A stretch of DNA of 64,000 nt from Patescibacteria group bacterium (GTDB lineage Bacteria; Patescibacteriota; Minisyncoccia; Phycocordibacterales; Phycocordibacteraceae), in assembly GCA_019744845.1 (NCBI GenBank), contig JAIETW010000002.1, positions 5,759 to 69,758 on the forward strand, written 5' to 3'. Position 1 is the stretch's first letter. Each line of letters begins with the position of its first letter. A program made the translations under genes and the position numbers. This document shows positions 11,549 to 22,485 of the stretch, piece by piece. The notes below the pieces were generated by a model that worked only from the letters and a program-made list of their open reading frames with translations, was not told the origin of the DNA and ran no database searches.

Positions 11549-12634
11549 ATGGCTACAGGTAAGACTATTTTCATCACGGGCGCGGCAGGGTACGTGGGGA
11601 CCATGCTCGTAGAGGAATTTGCCGCACGCAAAGATGTGACGCGTGTCATTGGTCTAGATAAGGAGCCAGTGCCGGATCTCATTAAAGACGAACCGAAACT
11701 TGTCTATCTTCAAACGAACACCGCAGATGACTGGGAGAAGGAGGTGGAGCAGTATCAACCAGAGGTAGTCATTCACGCTGCCTGGCAGATTCGGGAGATC
11801 TACGGGAACCGGGCGCTTTCCTGGAAGTGGAATATTACGGGGTCTGACAAGGTGTTTGAGTTCGCATTCAATAATCCATTCGTAAAGCGATTGGTCTATT
11901 TTTCCAGTGTCGCTTCTTATGGTTCCTTCCATGACAATGAAGTAGACGATCTATTTACTGAGGATCGCTGCTTCCGTGAATCAGAATATTTGTATGCAGA
12001 AGAGAAACGTGTTGCAGAAGAACATCTTAAAGAGCGTTACTCTCGGAGGAAGAACAAAGATATAGATGTAAGCGTGCTTCGTCCGGCCGCGATTACCGGA
12101 CCTCGTGGTCGCTTCATGCGCATGCGCTTCGGTCTTCAGTCAGCACTTGCCGGGCAGATGAAAGGATCTATCTGGTACCGCCTCATCTCTCTTCTTGTGT
12201 CCTATGTGCCGGTCACACCGAAATGGCTTCGTCAGTTTATTCACGAAGACGACGTGGTAGGTATCGTGGAGCGCGTTGCGTTTGGACACCCAGTAGAAGG
12301 GTATGAGGTATTCAACATATGTCCTCCAGGGGATGTGGTTCTAGGCCCTGATATGGCGAGGGCGGTGGGGAAGAAGACTATTCCAGTACATCCGTGGTTG
12401 GTGGGAGTCGCGTACTTCTTCTTCTGGCACCTTACGCGTGGCGTGATCCCAACCGCACCAGGAGCGTGGCGGGGATATTCGTATCCAATTGCGGTAGATG
12501 GATCTAAGGCCACAAAGAAACTTGGGTATGAATACCAGTACGCTGGGTATGACGCGTTTTATTACACCGACGGAAAGTATGAATCGTATGTTCCAGAGGA
12601 GATGCGACGTTCTCGTGCGAAGATAGCATCATGA
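11549..12634 (+). CDS. NAD-dependent epimerase/dehydratase family protein
   Basis: IFITGAAGYVGTMLVEEF Rossmann motif; ATG at 11549 preferred over TTG at 11531. Confidence 0.7.
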   Translation: MATGKTIFITGAAGYVGTMLVEEFAARKDVTRVIGLDKEPVPDLIKDEPKLVYLQTNTADDWEKEVEQYQPEVVIHAAWQIREIYGNRALSWKWNITGSDKVFEFAFNNPFVKRLVYFSSVASYGSFHDNEVDDLFTEDRCFRESEYLYAEEKRVAEEHLKERYSRRKNKDIDVSVLRPAAITGPRGRFMRMRFGLQSALAGQMKGSIWYRLISLLVSYVPVTPKWLRQFIHEDDVVGIVERVAFGHPVEGYEVFNICPPGDVVLGPDMARAVGKKTIPVHPWLVGVAYFFFWHLTRGVIPTAPGAWRGYSYPIAVDGSKATKKLGYEYQYAGYDAFYYTDGKYESYVPEEMRRSRAKIAS

Positions 12635-13533
12635 AAGCCGTCGTCACCGGAGGGGCAGGATTTATAGGATCGCATCTTGCTGATGCGCTTCTTAAAGAAG
12701 GATACGAAACGCATGTCGTAGATAATTTGTGGGGAGGGCATAAAGAGGATGTGCCTCTAGACGCCATCTTTCATGAGAAAGACATTCTTGATACGGACGC
12801 GATGCGAGAAATCTTCAGAGATGCTGATGTGGTGTTCCACGAAGCCGCACGGCCACGCATTCCGTACTCCATTGATTATCCGGAAGAATCACACGAAGCG
12901 AATGTGAACGGCACGCTCTCTGTACTCCTTGCGGCGCGCGATGCGAAGGTGCGTCGTGTCGTGTATGCATCATCAAGTTCTTGCTATGGAGATCAGAACA
13001 CTCTTCCACTCGTAGAGACGATGGCTGCACGTCCCATGAATCCGTATGCACTTCAGAAGTACATGGCGGAGGAATACACCCGTGTGTTTTCTGAAGTGTA
13101 TGGACTCACCACGGTCTCTCTCCGATACTTCAGTGTGTATGGCCCTCGGATGCGACCTGATGGCGGCTATGCGCTTGCGATCCCTAAGTTTCTTGCGCTT
13201 CGGAAGAATAATGAGGTGCTTCCTATTACGGGCGACGGCACACAGACACGTGACTTCACACACATACGCGATGTAGTTCGCGCGAACCTTCTTGCAGCGA
13301 CAAGTGAGAACGTGGGGAAGGGTGAGGTGATCAATATTGCCGCGGGACGAAATGTATCCATGAACCAGCTTGCGGATCTTATAGGAGGTGAAAAAACCTA
13401 TATTCCATCACGTCCTGAGGCACGTGATACTCTAGGGGATATCAGTAAGGCAAAGGAGCTTCTTGGGTGGGCACCCACGGTGTCCCTTGAAGAAGGTATT
13501 GCTGAACTTACGAACGAACTACATATTTCATGA
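12631..13533 (+). CDS. UDP-sugar 4-epimerase-like (GalE/WbpP family SDR)
   Basis: VVTGGAGFIGSHLADALL..., YASSSSCYGD, conserved SDR catalytic pattern. Confidence 0.8.
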   Translation: MKAVVTGGAGFIGSHLADALLKEGYETHVVDNLWGGHKEDVPLDAIFHEKDILDTDAMREIFRDADVVFHEAARPRIPYSIDYPEESHEANVNGTLSVLLAARDAKVRRVVYASSSSCYGDQNTLPLVETMAARPMNPYALQKYMAEEYTRVFSEVYGLTTVSLRYFSVYGPRMRPDGGYALAIPKFLALRKNNEVLPITGDGTQTRDFTHIRDVVRANLLAATSENVGKGEVINIAAGRNVSMNQLADLIGGEKTYIPSRPEARDTLGDISKAKELLGWAPTVSLEEGIAELTNELHIS

Positions 13534-14354
13534 TTGTTGACGGTCGTGCCATTGCCTCTACCATTCTTGCTGAAGTGAATGCGTCACTTGGTGGTCGCCC
13601 TACGATTGTGCGTGCCGTGGTGGTACGTCCGTCACCTGCGACACAGTCCTATTTGCGTATTAAAAAGTCTCGTGCAGAAGAGGGAGGCATGCAGCTTGAG
13701 GTGGTGAAGCTTCGTGACGAGGCAACGGAAGAAGAGATTATTGAGGCGATACGTGCACCGGGCGCAGATGCAGTCATCGTACAGCTTCCTATCCCAGAAC
13801 ATTTGAATTGGCAGCGGGTATTAAATGAGATCCCGCTTGATCGTGATGCGGACGTACTTTCTGAAGAAGCGTATTCGCGGTTTATGAAGAATGTGTCAGG
13901 TGCACTTGTGCCTCCGGTTGCGGCTGGCATTGTAGAGATACTCGCGCGAAGTGGAGTAGACGTGAAAGGAAAGAAGACGACTGTCGTCGGCAAGGGAAAG
14001 TTGGTCGGACTTCCGACTGGAACCGTGCTGGAGCGTATGGGCGCAGAGGTCTCATATGTAGTAAAGGAAACTGAAGAAGCGGAAAAGATCGCTCTTTTGA
14101 AAGACGCGGACATGGTGATCTCAGGCGCAGGCGCCGCACACATCATTCGTCCTGAGATGCTCAAGGAGGGAGTGATTCTGGTAGATGCAGGTACCAGCGG
14201 CTCTGGTGGGGGAGTTGCAGGCGACATGCACCCTGACTGTGCAGAGAAGGCGACCCTCTTTACCCCCGTTCCAGGAGGAGTGGGGCCGGTTGCGGTCTCC
14301 TGTCTCTTTAAGAACACAGCAACCCTCCTTGCGTCCCGGGGGGAGTTGGCATAG
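13530..14354 (+). CDS. folD: Bifunctional methylenetetrahydrofolate dehydrogenase/cyclohydrolase
   Basis: IDGRAIAS...RPSPATQSYLRIKKSRAEEGGM...VVGKGKLVGLPTG pattern typical of FolD. Confidence 0.8.
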   Translation: MIVDGRAIASTILAEVNASLGGRPTIVRAVVVRPSPATQSYLRIKKSRAEEGGMQLEVVKLRDEATEEEIIEAIRAPGADAVIVQLPIPEHLNWQRVLNEIPLDRDADVLSEEAYSRFMKNVSGALVPPVAAGIVEILARSGVDVKGKKTTVVGKGKLVGLPTGTVLERMGAEVSYVVKETEEAEKIALLKDADMVISGAGAAHIIRPEMLKEGVILVDAGTSGSGGGVAGDMHPDCAEKATLFTPVPGGVGPVAVSCLFKNTATLLASRGELA

Positions 14355-15677
14355 GTGCAGAGAGGTCGTACACTACCGTCTATGCGCTTCGCTACGGCAT
14401 TTGCCATCCTCCTTATCTCTGGAGCGATCGGGTGGTTCGCTCTCGGCACGAATGGTCCAGAGACCTCCTTCCCCGTACGTCTTGGTCTTGATCTGGCTGG
14501 TGGTACGGAACTTATTTACCGTGCGGATACAACCGCAGTGACGACTGATGTTCCTGGCGCCCTTGAATCGCTCCGTGATGTCATTGAACGTCGCGTCAAT
14601 ATCTTCGGTGTTGCCGAACCACACGTACAGCTTGAGCGCTCTAGCGCGGTCGCAGGACAAGTAGAAGAGCGACTTTTGGTTGAGCTTCCAGGAGTGACTG
14701 ACGTCGCTGCCGCAGTTGAATCAATTGGGAAGACTCCGGTCCTTGAGTTCAAACTCGCGGGCTCAATAGGAGAGGATGGTATTCCGACCTTTATTGACAC
14801 AGGCCTCACGGGTCGGTACTTGAAGACTGCCGAGCTCCAGTTTGGTTCTGCGTCAGGGGGTACGCTCGCCAACGAACCGATTGTAGTACTCAACTTCAAT
14901 GAAGAGGGCTCTGCACTTTTTGAGCAAATTACGCGGGAGAATGTGGGCGAGACCCTTGCGATCTTCCTAGATGGAGGTGTCATCTCCACCCCAGTCATTC
15001 GTGAAGCAATCCCTGGAGGTATTGCGACCATCACCGGTCAGTTCACTCCTGAAGAAGGGCGAGATCTTGTACAGAATCTAAACTTCGGAGCACTTCCAGT
15101 GCCGATTGAGCTTGTTTCAAGTAATACCGTTGGTCCTACACTTGGCGCTGGCTCGTATCAGGCAGGACTTAATGCAGCGCTCGTCGGGTTCATATTCGTT
15201 TCTATATTCATGATTGCGTGGTACCGCCTCCCAGGATTGGTATCAGTCGTGGCGCTCGTGATTTACGTACTTGCGACGATTGCGCTTATTAAGTTTGTGC
15301 CAGTGACGCTTACTGCGTCAGGCATTGCCGCACTCATCATTTCTATTGGTATGGCGGTGGATGCAAACGTGCTTATCTTTGAGCGTATGAAGGAGGAGCT
15401 GCGAAACGGTAAGGGTCCACTTGAGTCAGTAAAGATTGGCTTTGGACGTGCATGGCCTGCCATTCGTGATGGGCACCTCACCATGCTTATTTCTTCTATT
15501 ATTCTCTTCTGGCTTGGTACGTCTATTGTGAAGGGCTTTGCGCTCGTGTTTGGTCTCGGTGTGATTATCTCTCTTATTTCCGCAGTCTCCATTTCTCGCG
15601 CCTTCCTCGTTGCGATCCTTCCTGAGAAGGGGAGTCGCACCTGGACCGTCCTTACTGGTAGTGGGTTTAAACTATAG
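14355..15677 (+). CDS. secD: Protein translocase subunit SecD
   Basis: GLDLAGGTELIYRAD... and C-terminal 6-TM domain; possible true start at ATG 14382. Confidence 0.85.
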   Translation: MQRGRTLPSMRFATAFAILLISGAIGWFALGTNGPETSFPVRLGLDLAGGTELIYRADTTAVTTDVPGALESLRDVIERRVNIFGVAEPHVQLERSSAVAGQVEERLLVELPGVTDVAAAVESIGKTPVLEFKLAGSIGEDGIPTFIDTGLTGRYLKTAELQFGSASGGTLANEPIVVLNFNEEGSALFEQITRENVGETLAIFLDGGVISTPVIREAIPGGIATITGQFTPEEGRDLVQNLNFGALPVPIELVSSNTVGPTLGAGSYQAGLNAALVGFIFVSIFMIAWYRLPGLVSVVALVIYVLATIALIKFVPVTLTASGIAALIISIGMAVDANVLIFERMKEELRNGKGPLESVKIGFGRAWPAIRDGHLTMLISSIILFWLGTSIVKGFALVFGLGVIISLISAVSISRAFLVAILPEKGSRTWTVLTGSGFKL

Positions 15678-15680
15678 TCT

Positions 15681-16595
15681 ATGTTGGTCATTAAATACCG
15701 CGCGTTCTTCTTTTGGCTCACCAGCATCATTCTTGCGGCCGCAATCGGCGCGATCGCATTCTTTGGTCTTCCACTCTCTATTGATTTCACGGGAGGTACC
15801 TTGATGGAAGTGCGGTACGAGACGGAGCGTCCACCCCTTGAGGTGTTAAAGGAAGAAGTTTCTGCGGTTCCACTTGGCGTCATTCATCTTCGCGAGAGTG
15901 GGGAGACGGGTGTGACACTTCGCGCGCGTACAATGACGCCGCAGGAGAAGGAGACAGTGATTGCCATTTTTGCCGATAATGGCGCACGAGAGATGACCGT
16001 GCTTCGTGCAAACTCCATTGGTCCTTCTATGGGTGCTGAGCTCGCGACCAAAGCGCTCTGGGCGATGCTTGCCGTTATTGTCACGATCATGCTCTACATC
16101 GCCTGGGCATTCCGCCGGGTCTCTAAACCGGTGCCATCCTGGGGCTTCGGCATTGTAGTGGTCGCGATGCTCATCATAGATATCATTGTGCCGGTTGGCT
16201 TCTATGCCGCCTGGACGCACTACACGGGCGCACAGGTAGACGTCTTGTTCGTCGTCGCGCTCCTGGCTCTTCTCGGATATGTGGTTAATGACGTGATCGT
16301 GATCTTTGACCGTATTCGTGAACACCTTCGTCGCAATGTAGAAGAGGAGATAGACGAGGAGTTCGAGATCACGATTGGTAAGTCTATTGATGAGACGATT
16401 GGTCGCTCTATCAACACATCACTCACCGTCGTGCTCGCCCTTCTCGCTATCATCTTCTTTGGCCCAGAAGTGACACGTGACTTTGCGATCGTAATTCTTG
16501 TCGGGGTGGTGATTGGTACCTTCTCCTCTATTGCACGCTCTGCGCCACTCCTCATTCCTCTTGCAAAGCTATTTAAGGAAAAACCTAACGCATGA
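15681..16595 (+). CDS. secF: Protein translocase subunit SecF
   Basis: IDFTGGTLMEVRYE... SecF signature; follows secD. Confidence 0.85.
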   Translation: MLVIKYRAFFFWLTSIILAAAIGAIAFFGLPLSIDFTGGTLMEVRYETERPPLEVLKEEVSAVPLGVIHLRESGETGVTLRARTMTPQEKETVIAIFADNGAREMTVLRANSIGPSMGAELATKALWAMLAVIVTIMLYIAWAFRRVSKPVPSWGFGIVVVAMLIIDIIVPVGFYAAWTHYTGAQVDVLFVVALLALLGYVVNDVIVIFDRIREHLRRNVEEEIDEEFEITIGKSIDETIGRSINTSLTVVLALLAIIFFGPEVTRDFAIVILVGVVIGTFSSIARSAPLLIPLAKLFKEKPNA

Positions 16596-17149
16596 TATTA
16601 GGAATTACTGGCACTATTGGGGCGGGGAAGGGGGCGGTCGTTGACTATTTGGTAAAACACAAAGGATTCACGCACTATTCTGTACGTGAGTTTTTGCTTG
16701 AAGAGATCCGTCAGCGAGGACTTCCTGAAGATCGCACGACGCTGCGCTTGGTCGCGAACGAAATGCGACAGAAATACCACCCCGCGCACGTGGTGGAGTC
16801 GCTGCATGCACGCGCGAAAGATTGCAAAGAACACGTGATCATTGAGTCTATCCGTACAGTAGGAGAAGCAGAGTTCTTGAAGGCACTGGGCGCAAAGATT
16901 GTAGCGGTAGACGCAGACAAGAAGCTCCGCTTTGAGCGTGTGACGGGTCGCGGCTCTTCAACCGACAATCTCACCTTTGAACAGTTTGTGCATGAAGAAG
17001 ACAGAGAGATGGCATCTACTGAACCATGGGATATGAATGTATTCGGTGTGATGAATATGGCGGACTACAAGATCGTAAACGAAGGAACCCCCAAGGAGCT
17101 GTATAACGAGGTGAACCGAATGATTGAAGAGATCGGAGAGGACTGCTAA
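16592..17149 (+). CDS. P-loop nucleotide kinase family protein (dNMP/dephospho-CoA kinase-like)
   Basis: Walker A ILGITGTIGAGKG at N-terminus; overall small-kinase architecture; specific substrate not assignable. Confidence 0.55.
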   Translation: MILGITGTIGAGKGAVVDYLVKHKGFTHYSVREFLLEEIRQRGLPEDRTTLRLVANEMRQKYHPAHVVESLHARAKDCKEHVIIESIRTVGEAEFLKALGAKIVAVDADKKLRFERVTGRGSSTDNLTFEQFVHEEDREMASTEPWDMNVFGVMNMADYKIVNEGTPKELYNEVNRMIEEIGEDC

Positions 17150-17151
17150 CT

Positions 17152-17391
17152 ATGTGGCAGGACTACGTACTTTTTCTTGTGCAGATACTGTTCTGCTTCA
17201 CGCTTATGCCGATGCTCTTTGCAAAGTCAAAGCCACCATTGTCTTCAAGCATTCCGACCGGTATTGGTCTTCTTGTGATGGCAGGCGCATACGCCACACT
17301 CGCGCTCTGGTTTGCGGCAGTAGGAAGTTTTGTGGTTGGAATGCAGTGGCTCGTACTCGCGTACCAGCGCACAAACCTGACTAAGAAATAG
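17152..17391 (+). CDS. Small membrane protein
   Basis: 79 aa, two hydrophobic helices; start immediately after kinase stop. Confidence 0.4.
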   Translation: MWQDYVLFLVQILFCFTLMPMLFAKSKPPLSSSIPTGIGLLVMAGAYATLALWFAAVGSFVVGMQWLVLAYQRTNLTKK

Positions 17392-18109
17392 TCGTTCCGG
17401 CGAAGGTCTCTCCAGAGAGATACTTCTCAAACTCATCAAGGTGCGCGCCGTTCATAATGGCAACTTCAAGCTTCATTGCTTCCGCTTCTTTTGCCGCAAT
17501 AGGGTCAAATGGGGAAGAGAGACCTGGGTCCCAGTCCTTAGGAATGAGTCCACGGAACTCGCTCCATGAAATGTTCTCAAACTTCTTTGCTTCTGGGTTC
17601 GTGCGAGGATCCTTCTCGTACACGTAATCAATGTTAGAGAGGTTTACCATGCGCTTGGCGCCAATCTTCTTTGCCGCAAGCACGGAACAATAGTCGGTAG
17701 ACCATCCTGGCTTCCATCCAGATCCAATGATGATGGGGTTGCGTGGGTTAAGTGCTTTCGTTGGGTCTTTGACGATACGATCACGGGCGTGCTCAGAGAA
17801 GAGCGTACGGAACAAATGCGCGTTCAAGCGTGTTGCATGGATACCCATCCAATCCGCATCTTCGCTGGTCAGATCTCCGCGAGATGCTTTTGCGGCGTCC
17901 TGGTAGCGGCGTGCGAGTTTCCCTCCGCCCGTGACGATGTAGAAGTTCAAACCTTCCTTAACCTTGCGCAAGATGAGCTCACGAAAACGGAATAGAAAAT
18001 CTGCATCAATCTGGTCGGGGACTATCAAAGACCCTCCCACTGATACAACAACATACTCGCGCTTTGGTAGCGTTAGGCGCATAGGCCAAGGTGTGACGGC
18101 TTCAAACAT
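17381..18109 (-). CDS. pyrH: UMP kinase, archaeal-type (amino-acid kinase family)
   Basis: YVVVSVGGSLIVPDQIDADFL...YIVTGGGKLARRY...GTTI matches archaeal-type PyrH; start ambiguous (18082, 18109 or 18160). Confidence 0.7.
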   Translation of the reverse strand: MFEAVTPWPMRLTLPKREYVVVSVGGSLIVPDQIDADFLFRFRELILRKVKEGLNFYIVTGGGKLARRYQDAAKASRGDLTSEDADWMGIHATRLNAHLFRTLFSEHARDRIVKDPTKALNPRNPIIIGSGWKPGWSTDYCSVLAAKKIGAKRMVNLSNIDYVYEKDPRTNPEAKKFENISWSEFRGLIPKDWDPGLSSPFDPIAAKEAEAMKLEVAIMNGAHLDEFEKYLSGETFAGTTIS

Positions 18110-18283
18110 TGTACGCTTCTCATAGGTTTGTGCAACAAAAATGTATAAGATGATTCTCAATTTACGTGCGAAAACTCAAGGTTCTTTGCACTCTCCATGA
18201 ACCTTTTGTGACTCGTATTTTGGGAGGGATCCGCACAGAACAGTATCCCCATTATACCCAGTATCCACAGGCTTTTATAGCGC

Positions 18284-18312
18284 TTGACGGGGGTAGGGGA
18301 CTCCTGTACTAT
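18284..18312 (+). promoter_or_regulatory. Candidate 16S rRNA promoter P1 TTGACG-N17-TACTAT
   Basis: -35 18284-18289, -10 18307-18312; preceded by CCCAGTATCCACAGG motif. Confidence 0.4.
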
Positions 18313-18366
18313 CGGACGACTGCTCCCTTCTTTTCCCAAGAAAGGGAGGGGGCATTTTCGCGCTCG

Positions 18367-18393
18367 TTGAAAACTGAATAAACCTAGTATAAT
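18367..18393 (+). promoter_or_regulatory. Candidate 16S rRNA promoter P2 TTGAAA-N15-TATAAT
   Basis: Perfect -10 TATAAT at 18388-18393; slightly short spacer. Confidence 0.4.
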
Positions 18394-18400
18394 CACTAGA

Positions 18401-18449
18401 GCAAAAGGTAAGGAAAGGAAACAAGAGAATTCTTGTGTTCCGCCTATTC
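18401..18449 (+). other. 16S rRNA 5' processing-stem strand (pairs with 20056..20103)
   Basis: gcaaaaggtaaggaaaggaaacaagagaattcttgtgttccgcctattc is near-perfectly complementary to gaataggcggaacacaagagtattcttgtttctccattccttttgc after the 16S; RNase III-type stem. Confidence 0.6.
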
Positions 18450-19908
<1,459 letters not shown>

Positions 19909-20112
19909 CGGAACCGAGATCGCCCGAAAGGCATCTCATCGTCGATTATTTCTTCGGAAGTAGGGAGTTAGTGGACGTCCCTAAACGCCACTCGGATGCC
20001 AGATAACGTACCCTGGTGTACATATTGAAGCGCTCAATTGACGCTTCAAAGGTACGAATAGGCGGAACACAAGAGTATTCTTGTTTCTCCATTCCTTTTG
20101 CTACAAACATAT

Positions 20113-20134
20113 AGCCCTCAAAAGGGCTTTTTTG
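20113..20134 (+). terminator. Rho-independent terminator after 16S locus
   Basis: agccct-caaa-agggct followed by TTTTTT. Confidence 0.55.
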
Positions 20135-20165
20135 TGTTCCTTCAGTCCCGCGCTACTATTCTTCT

Positions 20166-22268
20166 ATGTCACATTCTGATGAGCGGTACATGCGAGAGAT
20201 TCCCGCTACTGAAGTACCTTCACGCGCAGAGGCAAAGACGCTCGTTCGTCGGAACATAGAGGCTGTTATGCAAAGCAACATCGCAAAGCGGAAGGAGGGA
20301 ATATTCTCTTTTGAGCGCCCCGATGAGTTATTTACGTTTGACGGATCAGTACGAGTGAAGCGAGTCACTCATGCGCCGTACCGTAAATTTTATGAACAGA
20401 AGGGACGATCTGCACAGGAAAAAGGGAACATCGTTTTGCGTGGCCAGAGGTACCTTTGTGCGCTTGATGGGAACATGTCATTCCATCACAAGGTAAAGAC
20501 ACTGGGTGAAGATTTCCATGATGGCCTTGATACACTCATGGCCGACACTAACCCACATGAGGGAGATGAGCAGTTTCTTCTCCGTCTCGGGGCGATGGAC
20601 TATGTCAAAAACGCCGCTATCACTCTTTTCAATGGTTTGGTTTCTCCAGAAAAGTTCGGACAATTTAGCTTAGACGATCAGGCATATCAGCAAGTGCGTG
20701 GAATGGCATCTCGTCTTGCCAAACTCTCAACACAGATGCAGTACGCGTACATGCTAGGAGACTTACAGGAAGCTCAGTCAGCTCTTGTCATGTTGAATAC
20801 TGCCCGATCAGACATGTCGTATGTTGAAACGTATCTTTCCCAGTACGCATACAATGCGATGGAAAATGGTGATAAGCGCGCCTACCCGATTTTGTCGCGA
20901 CCGGAACTTGCCCATCCGCTTATTGTCGGTGGGGCAGCCATCAACGTAGTAGAGCGTCGCAAAGACGATGTTCCTGACACTATTGTAGGACTACCCACCG
21001 GAGGCACTGAGTTTGCCTACGTCCTTCAATATGGATTTCAGAAGCTGCACGGGAAGGCACCTACTCTTATTCTTGCACCGATTTCTATTCACGGTACTCG
21101 CATACACAGTAACCTTGAGCGAGAAGAAGATGTGATAGATGCAGCAACTAAAGTGGCTTCTGATGAAGAAATGCAAGAGTTGAAAGCGTTCCTTAAACGC
21201 CAAGCGTCTCACTTTAAAGGCACGTCCGTATTGATTGCAGATGACAACTCCGCATCCGGCAAAACGCTGCAACTTACTGCTGACATTCTTTCCTATATGT
21301 TCGGTCCGAAAGAGATAGATGCCACCGTTGCTGAGACCGATGTCATACGAATGGAGCTCAAGCTTCATAAGCTCGGTGGGAAGGCACCGAATGCGGCGCC
21401 GTATCCAGTCACCACTGAGGCAGCAAGGAAAGACGTTGTTGGCATACTTCCTGTATCACAGGAACTACAATCTAATACCGATATCCGTAAGCTCCTAGAG
21501 TTTCGTCGCGTATCTCGGTTCTATGACGAAGGAGAGAGAGGCAAAAACCTTGCAGAACGTGTGCTCCATAACGTACAGCGTCGTGCAGCCCTGACATCAG
21601 CTAAAGAAGATTTTGAGCGCGATCCAAACCGTAGCGAAGGTATATATTCTTTTGCGAATTCCTTTCTTTCAAACTTTGAGCCTGTAGTAGTTGAGTACGC
21701 TATCCCTCCTGTGGTGAAAGGGCGTGCGCCACGCAAAAAGGGATTGAAGCGCTATCCTTCAGTTGAACATGCATACCAAGGCGCAAAGTTTCCTATTGAA
21801 GCAGCACGTTTGATTCCTCCCGAGGTATTTACACAGGTCAATGCGGTGATGTATGACCGATATGGAGGACGTGATGGTTCTGGTTGGCGACCAATCAACA
21901 CTCCCGAAGAGTTGGTGGCGGCATTTACGAATACGTTCTATTCGCCTGGGCAACTAAAAATATTCTCAGATAGACTTCGTAACCTCGGGTACATACGTCC
22001 CGATTGGTTTAATATCCGCACGCAAGTGATGACTGACCTTCTTATAGAAAAGTTTAAGGATCCAGATCTGAAAGATAAGCTGCTTGCGACTGGAAGGAAA
22101 TATTTGGCCGAAGGAAATCTCTGGGGAGATACCTACTGGGGGGTAGCCATGAAACCACAGCGAGGTTTGGTCTTAGGGCCAAATGTGATGAAAAGCGGTT
22201 ACGGAAGTAACATGCTCGGCATGCTTCTTATGGAACTTCGTGCACAGTTGCAGCAGCCTGGGGCCTAA
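20166..22268 (+). CDS. Multidomain protein: unknown N-terminal region + type I phosphoribosyltransferase-like domain + C-terminal NADAR (YbiA-like) domain
   Basis: PRTase motif ...DTIVGLPTGGTEFAYVL...GTSVLIADDNSASGKTLQLTADIL; C-terminus YPSVEHAYQGAKF...RPDWFNIRTQVMTDLLIEKF...GNLWGDTYWGV...GSNMLGMLLMELR matches the NADAR/DUF1768 family. Confidence 0.7.
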   Translation: MSHSDERYMREIPATEVPSRAEAKTLVRRNIEAVMQSNIAKRKEGIFSFERPDELFTFDGSVRVKRVTHAPYRKFYEQKGRSAQEKGNIVLRGQRYLCALDGNMSFHHKVKTLGEDFHDGLDTLMADTNPHEGDEQFLLRLGAMDYVKNAAITLFNGLVSPEKFGQFSLDDQAYQQVRGMASRLAKLSTQMQYAYMLGDLQEAQSALVMLNTARSDMSYVETYLSQYAYNAMENGDKRAYPILSRPELAHPLIVGGAAINVVERRKDDVPDTIVGLPTGGTEFAYVLQYGFQKLHGKAPTLILAPISIHGTRIHSNLEREEDVIDAATKVASDEEMQELKAFLKRQASHFKGTSVLIADDNSASGKTLQLTADILSYMFGPKEIDATVAETDVIRMELKLHKLGGKAPNAAPYPVTTEAARKDVVGILPVSQELQSNTDIRKLLEFRRVSRFYDEGERGKNLAERVLHNVQRRAALTSAKEDFERDPNRSEGIYSFANSFLSNFEPVVVEYAIPPVVKGRAPRKKGLKRYPSVEHAYQGAKFPIEAARLIPPEVFTQVNAVMYDRYGGRDGSGWRPINTPEELVAAFTNTFYSPGQLKIFSDRLRNLGYIRPDWFNIRTQVMTDLLIEKFKDPDLKDKLLATGRKYLAEGNLWGDTYWGVAMKPQRGLVLGPNVMKSGYGSNMLGMLLMELRAQLQQPGA

Positions 22269-22294
22269 GTTTCTTGCTTAGCGTACGCGAGCTT

Positions 22295-22330
22295 AAGAAC
22301 GCATCGTCGCCAGATGCGTTCTTTATTTTT
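22295..22330 (+). terminator. Rho-independent terminator
   Basis: aagaacgcatc-gtcgcca-gatgcgttctt followed by TATTTTT. Confidence 0.6.
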
Positions 22331-22485
22331 ATGCCGACGATACTTATCTTCAATCGTAGAGGCTCGGACCTGCCGAAGCTTTTTGGATTCCCGTGGTCGT
22401 GCGCGGTGAATCATTTCCTACATTAAGTATAGCAAGATCACAGCTGAAACAAGAATGAAATGGGGAGAAGGTATACTTTATATCT

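Noticed and set aside
13649-14449. 266-aa minus-strand ORF
   Set aside because: Antisense to folD and the secD start; Ser/Ala/Pro/Arg-rich low-complexity translation typical of an antisense frame.
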